Shown here in pieces: positions 48,208-56,671 of a stretch of 64,000 nt of DNA. The first letter of the stretch is position 1. Each line of letters starts with the position of its first letter. The translations under genes were made by a program, and so were the position numbers. This DNA comes from an uncultured virus (IMG/VR IMGVR_UViG_3300031673_000024) (Duplodnaviria; Heunggongvirae; Uroviricota; Caudoviricetes), in the IMG/VR virus record IMGVR_UViG_3300031673_000024; one strand, written 5' to 3'. The notes below the pieces were generated by a model. That model worked only from the letters and a program-made list of their open reading frames with translations, was not told the DNA's origin and did no database searches.

Positions 48208-48978
48208 ATGTCTTTCGCTGACTACGACATCACTGACTCATATACTGGGATCACCATCACAGGCGGCAACGACGGGACCGAGGCCACACACGCTGACCTG
48301 GCGTCTCCGTTGACGTTGCAGGGTGCGCACTGCCGTGAGTGGCGCAGCAACCTGTCCGAGATCAACATCCGACGCTACCAGTACTTGGCCATCAAGGGTT
48401 CCTCCGATCCAAGAATGGTAGCCGTACCGGACACGAAGGCGATGCGCGCCACTATGTGGGTGCGCCTCTACCCCTCGACGGGAACGGCCGCCGAGTCGTG
48501 CCTATCCATCCACCTGAAAACGAGTGGTGTGTGCAACATCGGATTTGGGCAGTACAACCCGCCGGGCATCGGACTGTACGCCGGGCATTCGGGCACGTTC
48601 AATTTTGGCTCTAGTTACTTGGCACCGAAGATCGGCTTGTCGATCGCTAGCGCCACTGCGACGACGTGGTACCCGTCACTGTTGGCCATTTCGTACAACA
48701 CTTGGTACCAGATCCGCCTGGAGGTCACACCGATCGCTACGCTCGGTATCGTTGACAGCGAGCTTGTGGAGGCGTTCTACAACTCCGGTACGGAAGCGGA
48801 TCCTACGTGGACATCTATCTTCTCGCAGGTGAATCTCGATAGCGGCGGACGTTGGATCGTCTACGGCAATGCTTCTCTCACGAAGTGCGCGTTCGGCGTG
48901 CAACTCAAAACCGGATCGAGCGGCGAGCTTTGTCGTGCGTACAGCGATTCTTTCCAAGTACAGATGAAGCCGAGGTGA
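48208..48978 (+). CDS. Beta-sandwich (lectin-like) putative virion protein, paralog 1
   Basis: 256 aa, T/S/G/aromatic-rich, TWYQIRLEV; colinear with next gene. Confidence 0.6.
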   Translation: MSFADYDITDSYTGITITGGNDGTEATHADLASPLTLQGAHCREWRSNLSEINIRRYQYLAIKGSSDPRMVAVPDTKAMRATMWVRLYPSTGTAAESCLSIHLKTSGVCNIGFGQYNPPGIGLYAGHSGTFNFGSSYLAPKIGLSIASATATTWYPSLLAISYNTWYQIRLEVTPIATLGIVDSELVEAFYNSGTEADPTWTSIFSQVNLDSGGRWIVYGNASLTKCAFGVQLKTGSSGELCRAYSDSFQVQMKPR

Positions 48979-48979
48979 C

Positions 48980-49750
48980 GTGATGGCTCTATCCGACTAC
49001 GACGTCGACCAAGCCTACAACTCAGCCGCCATCGTCGGTGGCGACGACGGCGTGCTCAAAACGCACGCGAGTCTTGCGTCACCTCTCACCTTGCAGGGCA
49101 CGGAATGCCGAGAGTTCAAGGTTACGACACCCAACAACGGACGTGCGTACAACTTCTTCGCGGTCAAGTCGGCAAGTGAACCGCTGCTAACCAGCATCCC
49201 GAGCACGAAGGCCATCCAGACGGAAATGTGGTTCCGCATTCCGACGTGGCTTGGCGGCGCAGGCGGCGGGTGCGTGTCACTACACGCGAAGTCGTCACTC
49301 GTCGCCGGGTCGGGCCAGCTCCCCCCGGGCGTTGCCCTGTATGCTGGGTACGGTAATGTGATCAGCAACGGATCCGCCGCGTTCGGCACCTACACTCTAG
49401 GACTAGCACTGACCAACACGTCGTTTACGACGACGTGGTACCCAAGCCTATTGGCCATCTCGTTCGACACTTGGTACCAAATCAGGCTAGAGGTGACGCC
49501 GATCCTAAACGGTGGCGTCGTAGATAGGGACCTCATCGAGACGTTCTACAACTCGGGTACGGAAGCCTCGCCGCTGTGGACGAAGCTCTCGTCCCAGATC
49601 AACATCGCCGCTGACAACCGCTGGACGGCTTGGGGAAACGCTACGTACACGCGGTGTGGCTTCGGCGTACAGGTATCGGTCGGCGCCAGCGGCGAGGATC
49701 ATCTCGTGTACGTCGACTCTCACCGCGCACGGTTGAAGAACGTTACTTGA
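48980..49750 (+). CDS. Beta-sandwich (lectin-like) putative virion protein, paralog 2
   Basis: Shares THA.LASPLTLQG..CRE, TTWYPSLLAIS..TWYQIRLEVTPI and FYNSGTEA.P.WT with paralog 1. Confidence 0.6.
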   Translation: MMALSDYDVDQAYNSAAIVGGDDGVLKTHASLASPLTLQGTECREFKVTTPNNGRAYNFFAVKSASEPLLTSIPSTKAIQTEMWFRIPTWLGGAGGGCVSLHAKSSLVAGSGQLPPGVALYAGYGNVISNGSAAFGTYTLGLALTNTSFTTTWYPSLLAISFDTWYQIRLEVTPILNGGVVDRDLIETFYNSGTEASPLWTKLSSQINIAADNRWTAWGNATYTRCGFGVQVSVGASGEDHLVYVDSHRARLKNVT

Positions 49751-50027
49751 ACCTGCTGTTCAGGTCAGCCACGTCCGCATCCGGTGTAACGTTCTCTGGA
49801 CGCTTCTTCTCTTCGTACCTGTCCACTGGCTTGTCCTCGAAAGAAGTCGTCACATCAGGGACGACGACATCCTTTGGGTCATCAAGCTCGGGGCGCTCGG
49901 GAAACTTCCGACGCGGCGGCCCGATGTTCCCCCAGGATACGAGCGTAAGAATCCCGCCGAGCACCAATCCGATGCCGGCGAGGATCCAAACGAGCTTTGG
50001 CTTGAGCCAAGTCCACAGCTTTTGCAT
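49743..50027 (-). CDS. Small N-terminally anchored membrane protein (spanin-like)
   Basis: LVWILAGIGLVLGGILTLV TM segment followed by a hydrophilic tail. Confidence 0.5.
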   Translation of the reverse strand: MQKLWTWLKPKLVWILAGIGLVLGGILTLVSWGNIGPPRRKFPERPELDDPKDVVVPDVTTSFEDKPVDRYEEKKRPENVTPDADVADLNSRFK

Positions 50028-50033
50028 AAGGGG

Positions 50034-50288
50034 CTACCGACGACGGATGCCGGACACAGGACGCTGACGCGGAGCAGCCGGAGCAGCCGGAGCGGGTGCC
50101 TCCTTGGTGGGCTCCGGTGCTTCAGCTTCAGCTTCGGGCTCGGGCTCGGGCTCGGGCTCAGGCTCAGCAGCTTCGGGCTCAGCAGCTTCGGGCTCTGGCT
50201 CAGTGGTAGCCACCTCAGCTTCGGGGGTCGCAACCTCAGCCACCTCAGCCTCGGGAGCCTCGTCCTTCGTCTTCTTCTTCTTAGCCAT
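50034..50288 (-). CDS. Low-complexity Pro/Glu/Ala protein with basic ends
   Basis: MAKKKKTK...(EP)n...IRRR; AAGGA RBS. Confidence 0.6.
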   Translation of the reverse strand: MAKKKKTKDEAPEAEVAEVATPEAEVATTEPEPEAAEPEAAEPEPEPEPEPEAEAEAPEPTKEAPAPAAPAAPRQRPVSGIRRR

Positions 50289-50313
50289 TGTTCTCTTTCC
50301 TTTCAATCACAGG

Positions 50314-51120
50314 TTAGTAGCGGAACAGTTCGATTCCGGCCCATCCGTACTCACCACCGTATCCAGTTTTCGGGACCGCCGGGTTATTACCGTAGTTGGT
50401 TGACTCGGGGGACGATTTACCTTTGTCGTTCGGAGAGCGAGGTAGGAGAGGAACGAGTGGGTTCATGAACTCCGCGTACTCAGCTTCTTCATCGCGCAGC
50501 GGGTTGTCCCGCGGGTACCCCTCAGGGCTGCGTAGGATCTGAATGACGACGTCAGCGAGGCGTTGAGCACCCGTCACCACCGTACAGCCCTTGGGGGCCA
50601 AGTATGGGGCCATGACGCTCTTCGACTCCTTCGTCGACAACCACCAGTCCTCAGGCTTGAGCTTCACGTCTGGCATGTAGAACGGCATCATGTGCGGAAC
50701 AACGCCGATGACGTACACGTCGTCAAACGTCAGCGTACGCTTCCGCTTGTTCTTGTTCTTGCCATCCATGCTGAGCGGGTTCTTGATCCCGAGCTTCACG
50801 GCGAGCTTGGGCAAGCCCTCACGCTTGAACAGGATGGCGTAGCCGAGACGCAGCAGGTCGGGCGCCCAGGCAGGTCGAGCCTCGTCTTGGATCTTGTCCC
50901 AGAGAGGCGTCTCCTTGTCCCGCTTGAGACGCTCCTCGTCGTAGGCTTCCAACCCGAGCATGTGGCACACCGTGGTTCCCACCAAAGGGAACCGGTCAGG
51001 ACCAAGCATCGTGGACTCAGCCACATCGGACGCTTTCTTGTCAGCGTCCTCTTGACCCTTCTTGTCGTCTTCCTCGACAGGCGGAGGACGGATGTGAATC
51101 AGGTACCACGAAGTATCCAC
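50314..51120 (-). CDS. Hypothetical protein
   Basis: 268 aa, GAGG RBS, good codon bias. Confidence 0.65.
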   Translation of the reverse strand: MDTSWYLIHIRPPPVEEDDKKGQEDADKKASDVAESTMLGPDRFPLVGTTVCHMLGLEAYDEERLKRDKETPLWDKIQDEARPAWAPDLLRLGYAILFKREGLPKLAVKLGIKNPLSMDGKNKNKRKRTLTFDDVYVIGVVPHMMPFYMPDVKLKPEDWWLSTKESKSVMAPYLAPKGCTVVTGAQRLADVVIQILRSPEGYPRDNPLRDEEAEYAEFMNPLVPLLPRSPNDKGKSSPESTNYGNNPAVPKTGYGGEYGWAGIELFRY

Positions 51121-51122
51121 GG

Positions 51123-51743
51123 TTACCTCTCGACGTAGAAGACGGGTGTCTTCGGTGCGCCCTTGGGTCCGAGGTCCTTGGGCTGGGCGCCCACCTTCGG
51201 AACGTATTGGGGAGGATGACCGAACACTTCCTCAATGGCAGCCGCCATGTCGTTCGACGTGAAGCCTTGCAACTTCCTCGGGCTCATCGGAAAGTTGCCG
51301 ATGAACACACCGCCCGGACGCAGCGCCTTGTGGATCTGCATCAGCGTCTTCCGCAGCATCGCCTTAGAGCTTTGGACATTGAGCACGTTCGAGGCGTACA
51401 CCACATGGTAAGGTCCGTTACGAAGTGCATCAGGATCGTGGACACCAGGTTGCACGTTGCTGCCAAACTCGTGCGCAGTGACGTCGTAGCCGTCTTCGCG
51501 AAGAGACATGGCATGGTCGGCGCCCTTACCAGCTCCGAAGTCGAGGATCTTGGCGCTCTTGTTCTTAACGAGGCTACGCACAACACGCGGCGTCACAGCC
51601 TTGGCACCAACGGCACCGCGCGAGCGCGAGGTCCGGTTGGCGATATCGACCGCTTCGGAGTCAAACTCATCTTCCGCAATGAGCACAGAGGCCGCATGAA
51701 GAAGTGCCTTGATGATGTTGCTGCGTGTTTGTGCGTTCATCAT
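51123..51743 (-). CDS. Leader-tagged class I SAM-dependent methyltransferase (start corrected to 51743)
   Basis: MMNAQTRSNIIKALLHAASVLIA; ILDFGAGKG; VVYASNVLNV; LRPGG. Confidence 0.75.
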   Translation of the reverse strand: MMNAQTRSNIIKALLHAASVLIAEDEFDSEAVDIANRTSRSRGAVGAKAVTPRVVRSLVKNKSAKILDFGAGKGADHAMSLREDGYDVTAHEFGSNVQPGVHDPDALRNGPYHVVYASNVLNVQSSKAMLRKTLMQIHKALRPGGVFIGNFPMSPRKLQGFTSNDMAAAIEEVFGHPPQYVPKVGAQPKDLGPKGAPKTPVFYVER

Positions 51744-51747
51744 GCTC

Positions 51748-52509
51748 TCAGTTCGGGTCCCAGCGCGGCGGCCTGGCTCCGTAGACCTCGTAGAACGAGG
51801 CGAGGTGCGGGAGGTGAGCGAGCACCGTGCGCTTGTCCGTGAAGTCTTCTTCTCCGACGCCGAAATCTCCGACTCCTTCGATGATCGTCCTGAAGACCAA
51901 GTCCGGGTTGGTGATGGTGATGTCCACCGCCCCATCATCATATTCAGCCGACACGTCGGCGTCGCGATCAACCTGGATACCATTGAACCATTCTTCAAGG
52001 TAGCTGATGAAGTAGTTGAACAGGTCGTCTAGCTGCTCACTTTCCCAGGCCAGCATCCGCTCATCGTGCTCTTCCTGGGTCTCATCTTCTTCATATTCAA
52101 CCCGAGAGTCCGGCTCGAAGTTATCAACGGCCTTCCATTCGCGCTCCAGGCCCGCGATCTTCACGGCCTTCTCAAGCGGAAGCGTCACTGTGATCGACTT
52201 CGCGGCCTTGATGAGCCCTGCACGACGAACGGAACCCATCACCGTGGGCTCGTCCTCGTCGAGGTCATCATCGTCATCATCGTCGAGGTCATCCTCGTCG
52301 GTGTCCTCGTCGTCGGTGTCCTCGTCCACTTCCGCTGCGGGAGCGGGAGCGGGCTGTGAGGACTCGGACTCGGAGGACTCGGGTGCGGGCTCCGGGGTCG
52401 GCTGGTGCCCCATGTCGGGGCGGTAGGTGTCAGCCTTGATTCCCCGGAGAAGGGTGTCAGCGGCATTGCGGAGAGCGGCAGCAGCGGCCTTACGAGCACG
52501 GTTGTCCAT
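51748..52509 (-). CDS. Leader-tagged acidic protein
   Basis: MDNRARKAAAAALRNAADTL; poly-Asp/Glu linker; AAGGA RBS. Confidence 0.7.
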   Translation of the reverse strand: MDNRARKAAAAALRNAADTLLRGIKADTYRPDMGHQPTPEPAPESSESESSQPAPAPAAEVDEDTDDEDTDEDDLDDDDDDDLDEDEPTVMGSVRRAGLIKAAKSITVTLPLEKAVKIAGLEREWKAVDNFEPDSRVEYEEDETQEEHDERMLAWESEQLDDLFNYFISYLEEWFNGIQVDRDADVSAEYDDGAVDITITNPDLVFRTIIEGVGDFGVGEEDFTDKRTVLAHLPHLASFYEVYGARPPRWDPN

Positions 52510-52521
52510 TGGTGTCTTTCC

Positions 52522-53223
52522 TTACGCTTGCACGCAGATGTGATAGCCCACGGTCATTTCCGCCATCTTGGCGAACGCTGGGTGGTTGGCCCTTGCAAAC
52601 AAGAGTGTGTTTCCGAGAAGACCTGGGGTAGAAGAAGGGGCATTGAGTACCCGACAGAAGACCCCTACCTCGCCAAGCTCCATATCATCGACGGTGCCAT
52701 CTGGCGATTCCAGACGTCCATGAAAGTCGATAGCTCTGGGGTTGGGGTTGAGGACACACGCCTCACGCAGTTCCCAATTCAACGGGCCTGCATCCGCCGC
52801 CGTGAGTAGTGGGTTGTGGATGACCACGTCGGTGGCCGAGGTCCATGAGGAGATGACCCAGGTGCCATTGGCGTTGGGGTCGCCGGACCCGTAGATGCGG
52901 AGCCATCGCTTGTTGATGGAGGACGGGATGGCAGCAAGCCCAGAAACAGCTACCAGACCGTCTGAGCCGGTTGGTGTGATGGCTGCGGCTGCTCCCGAGG
53001 TACCGACACGCCCGAGGTACCGCGTCCCTCCGACGGGCGCTGAGAGCGCCTGAAGACCGAAGTCAGCATCCAACGCCACGTCCGGGTTGAGCACTTCGTA
53101 GCCATCGGTGCCGACCTGGAAGCTCCAATCGCCAATGACGATACCACCATCAGCCTCACCCCGGGCGCGGTACTCTCGCGCAAGATCGGTGAGCCCCGCG
53201 CTGATCGACTGGATGATGGGCAC
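52522..53223 (-). CDS. Putative baseplate/fibre-attachment (tail-collar-like) protein with inserted beta domain
   Basis: F.VG..G N-terminal part and GEVGVF...LFA...HP...K C-terminal part typical of fibre-attachment proteins. Confidence 0.5.
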   Translation of the reverse strand: MPIIQSISAGLTDLAREYRARGEADGGIVIGDWSFQVGTDGYEVLNPDVALDADFGLQALSAPVGGTRYLGRVGTSGAAAAITPTGSDGLVAVSGLAAIPSSINKRWLRIYGSGDPNANGTWVISSWTSATDVVIHNPLLTAADAGPLNWELREACVLNPNPRAIDFHGRLESPDGTVDDMELGEVGVFCRVLNAPSSTPGLLGNTLLFARANHPAFAKMAEMTVGYHICVQA

Positions 53224-53235
53224 AAGCAGCCTCGC

Positions 53236-54249
53236 TCAGTAGATGGTCTTCTTGGGCAGCGGGCTCAAGGCGATGTTCTTCGTCGATCCGTCAGGCATCG
53301 ACAGCGAGATGCTCCTCACCTCGAAGTAGAAACCATCACGGAAGCGGTCTGCAACATGGGCGTCCAGGCGACGACGCTTGTCCTCTGGGATCTCATTCGA
53401 GACGTAGGCCCACGTAACATGAGGGACAAACGAGTCTTGATGGGCAACCACGACACCCTCACGCTCAAGGGACAGACGAAGCATCCGGTGAAGGCGCTCA
53501 AGCTCACCACGAGGCTCTGATCGAGCAGGAAGCCAAAGCGCCTTCTCTCCAGCCTCACCCTCACCGAAGTCGCGGAGCCCGGTGTTCGGATCGACGTACA
53601 CACGGAAGGGAGGGATCGTCTTCGCCGCCGCACGCACGCGATACAGGATCTCCGACTGCTCGCCGGGGCTGTAATCCTTGTCCCCAACGAACAACATCGT
53701 GATGTGCGGCTCGTCGCCGTGGTTGTGTACCGCAGCGTCGGGGAAGCGGGAAGCGTACTTCTTCGGAAGCGGGATGCCGACCCACGTCGTCTTGTGCTTC
53801 TGGGAGGAAACCGCACCTGTTGCGAAGATAGCCTGGTTCGCACGGTTCAGGGCGCGCGTAGCCTGCTGAGCCGGGTCTTCGTCAACAGACGCATGACGAC
53901 GGACGCCCTTCTCCACAAGCTCCTTCTTCTTCTTTGAGATGGAAGCGAACTTCTCGACGCCCTTCTCGGTCAAGCGGTAGCGGGACGTGGCGTGGCGCGT
54001 CATCTTGATGAGGCCGTCATCTTCGAGAGCGGTGAGGACTTCCTGCGGGAAGGTGTCCGGGTACTTGCCGCTCTTGCCTGCCCAGTAAAGCTGGGTCAGC
54101 ACCTTGTTCTTCTGCTTCTGCGAGACGCTCGCTGCCGAAACCTGACGAGCAACTGCCTCTATGGCAGCGGAGACGTCACTGGGCATCGAGGCATCGGACA
54201 GTCTCTTGGCGAGAGCATTGATCCGAGCAGAGAGCGAGGTGTCAGCCAT
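53236..54249 (-). CDS. Tagged 2H phosphoesterase with winged-helix-like segment
   Basis: PHITML and PHVTWA (two HxT motifs); L.AL...GLI...Y.LTEKG wHTH-like segment; N-terminal ARINALAKRL motif. Confidence 0.8.
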   Translation of the reverse strand: MADTSLSARINALAKRLSDASMPSDVSAAIEAVARQVSAASVSQKQKNKVLTQLYWAGKSGKYPDTFPQEVLTALEDDGLIKMTRHATSRYRLTEKGVEKFASISKKKKELVEKGVRRHASVDEDPAQQATRALNRANQAIFATGAVSSQKHKTTWVGIPLPKKYASRFPDAAVHNHGDEPHITMLFVGDKDYSPGEQSEILYRVRAAAKTIPPFRVYVDPNTGLRDFGEGEAGEKALWLPARSEPRGELERLHRMLRLSLEREGVVVAHQDSFVPHVTWAYVSNEIPEDKRRRLDAHVADRFRDGFYFEVRSISLSMPDGSTKNIALSPLPKKTIY

Positions 54250-54252
54250 GCC

Positions 54253-54468
54253 TCAGTGTGGCTTGGCGATGTTGTCGCGGGCGCTGTTCTTGACGTTCTG
54301 CACCATCGAGGCCGCAGCCACAAGACCATGCGCGATCAACACGATCGAGGTGAGAAACACCTTGTTCGCCATCGCCATCATGCGGTAACTCGTAGGGCAT
54401 CCCTGCCGTCGTGCGCTTGGTACGCCTCTAAGATGGGATGTCTCTGCATGACCATGTTCGTCACTCAC
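54253..54468 (-). CDS. Small protein with one hydrophobic segment downstream of the endolysin
   Basis: VFLTSIVLIAHGLVAAA; overlaps the amidase stop. Confidence 0.35.
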   Translation of the reverse strand: MSDEHGHAETSHLRGVPSARRQGCPTSYRMMAMANKVFLTSIVLIAHGLVAAASMVQNVKNSARDNIAKPH

Positions 54469-55285
54469 TAGGCTTGATAACGCGCTCGATCATCGACATC
54501 TGCTCGTCGTAATCGTAGTGCCACTCTGGGTTCTCTTCCGCCTCGGCGTTATCACCTCGCGAGTCACCAAGCGAGGCAATCTCATCGTCATCATCATCAG
54601 GGTCATCGGCGTCAGCCAACGCTGGAGGGATCATCTCCTCCGTACCGAAGACCTCGTTCAGCACGTAATCGTGCGGCCAGAGAGGACCCGGGTCGCTCTT
54701 CCGGTGAGGAGACACGTCGGAGTGGAAGCAGATATCCTTTGCCTGGATGATTGGGTACGAATCGACGATTCGCTTGAGAACCTCGATGTTAGCCGCTACC
54801 AACTTGTCGCTGTAGGGCTCCCAGTAGCGCATGACGCCGAAATGGTCTGCTGCTCGCTCCGGCTTCGGGCCACTGTACTTTCTACCAGGGACGAAACCCG
54901 CCGTCGTCTTGGCAGGTAGGTAGAAGTCGTTACCTGACTGTAGCAGCCAGCCAACGTTGCAGTTCTCGATGCCGATCGTGAACTGGTTGACGTTCGTCGG
55001 TTGGGAAATGCCACGCGGCCAGAACCCCTTCCCCTGCTTCTCCCCCGCGTGGAACGCCCTGTCCGCGAAGCTCACCATCTGTACGACGTGGCCGTTTCGG
55101 AAGATGAATACGTGCGCAGAGTTCTTTGACTCCGGTGTACCCATCCACTTGACGAGCCCTCCCTCCGAGGCTGATGCGGTGTAGTGCTGCACCACGCCAG
55201 ATACGGGCCACTCCGCCTTGCGTCCTGCCCAGAAACTCTTGCTGGGGATGACCTCGGCACCAGGGATGTCAGGGAGGAAGCTCAT
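54461..55285 (-). CDS. N-acetylmuramoyl-L-alanine amidase (Amidase_2) endolysin with acidic tail
   Basis: HYTA, SAH, AFHAG, IGIE, HSDVSP.RK.DPG. Confidence 0.9.
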   Translation of the reverse strand: MSFLPDIPGAEVIPSKSFWAGRKAEWPVSGVVQHYTASASEGGLVKWMGTPESKNSAHVFIFRNGHVVQMVSFADRAFHAGEKQGKGFWPRGISQPTNVNQFTIGIENCNVGWLLQSGNDFYLPAKTTAGFVPGRKYSGPKPERAADHFGVMRYWEPYSDKLVAANIEVLKRIVDSYPIIQAKDICFHSDVSPHRKSDPGPLWPHDYVLNEVFGTEEMIPPALADADDPDDDDDEIASLGDSRGDNAEAEENPEWHYDYDEQMSMIERVIKPSE

Positions 55286-55288
55286 GGA

Positions 55289-55561
55289 CTACTCCGGGTA
55301 GTAGCGAACGACGGCTGCGGACAGGGTGCTGCCATCACCATGTATAAAGACATGCGCTTCCATGTGGTCCTCGTGCTCCGAAACGGCGCCGATACCGAAC
55401 TCTCCCGCAGGCACATACGTCGGAGTGAACCGCCCATGCTTATCGAGTAGACGAACCAGTGGGTAGCGGACCTGCTGAAGATGGAACCGCGCGTGACCGT
55501 GGTTCGCGCCCGAGGCGGCGAAGGTATCCGCAAGAGCGTCGATCAATTGTGTAACGTTCAC
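55289..55561 (-). CDS. Small hypothetical protein
   Basis: 90 aa ending 3 nt before the amidase start. Confidence 0.5.
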   Translation of the reverse strand: MNVTQLIDALADTFAASGANHGHARFHLQQVRYPLVRLLDKHGRFTPTYVPAGEFGIGAVSEHEDHMEAHVFIHGDGSTLSAAVVRYYPE

Positions 55562-55734
55562 TTCATCTCGTCTTCCGAGGCAGACATAACGTAGCCATCT
55601 ACGACCACGTACAAGTCCTCGAAGGTGGGTAGTCTACTGACAGTGTGGGATTGAGGAGCGTTAAGCTCCTCACGATCGAGGTGAGAGGGATGTGCCTGGG
55701 TAAAGAGGTCGTCTTCGTGGTTGGCCGGCATAAG

Positions 55735-56568
55735 TCAGCCCTTCTTTTGTGAGTACATCCGCTTATCTGCCTGTAAGAGCAGGGTGTCGATGTCGTTACC
55801 GTCTTCGGGGAAGGTGGCTACGCCACACGAAACACCCACCGAAACATCAACATCTCCTACCGCAATTGGCCTCCCAATGACAGCGCGAATACGCGACGCT
55901 ATGACCTCCGCCTCGCTTACGCTTCGGAGCATGGACAAGAAGACCAAGAACTCATCGCCCGCGAACCTGGAGACAGTATCTGTCTGGCGAACAGTCTCCC
56001 TAAGGCGTAGCGCTACTGATCGCAGAACGGCATCACCCACGGCGTGCCCATAAGTGTCATTGATGGGCTTAAAACTGTCGAGGTCCAGGAAGAGGATAGC
56101 AGCGCCACGTTGCTCACGTCCTGCTTGGGCCAGTCCTTGCTGGACTCGATCCATGAACAGGTGCCTGTTGGGCAACCCCGTAACCGCGTCGTAGTGAGCC
56201 CTATGCGCTAGCTCTGCTTCTCTCGTCTTGTCCTCGGTAACGTCTCGTCCGATGAGGATCGCTTCATTGTCGCCTACGCATGGCGTAGCGCTCAAGGACA
56301 GCCATAGCGAATCACCACCATTCGTCTGAAAGTGCCGGGTGCCACGAAGGGCAGCCCCCGTACTGTCGGCACGCACGGCTACAGCTTCCTCAGGATGCAT
56401 GAGGTCGAGAAGAGAACCTCCCTCAATCTTGTCGTTCCCAAATAGGTAACGGAACATCGGGTTAACCTTGCGCAGCAGGTAGCCACGCAGGTCGACGATA
56501 GCCATAGGGTCTGCCGCCAGCTCAAATAGGAGACCGAGCCTATCTTCCTGTCCAATAATTATCGGCAC
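55735..56568 (-). CDS. PAS-GGDEF diguanylate cyclase-like protein (AGDEF variant)
   Basis: PAS (VNP...HPEE...RDVTE), D.VTGLPNR, DLDSFKPINDTYGHAVGD, RQTD I-site, RFAGDEF, SCGVA, AD..MY..K. Confidence 0.9.
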   Translation of the reverse strand: MPIIIGQEDRLGLLFELAADPMAIVDLRGYLLRKVNPMFRYLFGNDKIEGGSLLDLMHPEEAVAVRADSTGAALRGTRHFQTNGGDSLWLSLSATPCVGDNEAILIGRDVTEDKTREAELAHRAHYDAVTGLPNRHLFMDRVQQGLAQAGREQRGAAILFLDLDSFKPINDTYGHAVGDAVLRSVALRLRETVRQTDTVSRFAGDEFLVFLSMLRSVSEAEVIASRIRAVIGRPIAVGDVDVSVGVSCGVATFPEDGNDIDTLLLQADKRMYSQKKG

Positions 56569-56617
56569 AAGTAGGACCCCACTACCATCAGCGTGCCGTT
56601 AATGGGGAATACTATAC

Positions 56618-56650
56618 GGAGAAAGCCGGGAGTACGACCCGGCTTTCTCC
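56618..56650 (-). terminator. Hairpin downstream of nrdJ (probable terminator)
   Basis: GGAGAAAGCCGGG-7 nt-CCCGGCTTTCTCC perfect 13-bp stem. Confidence 0.75.
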
Positions 56651-56671
56651 TTACTTACACTGAGCTGTAGG

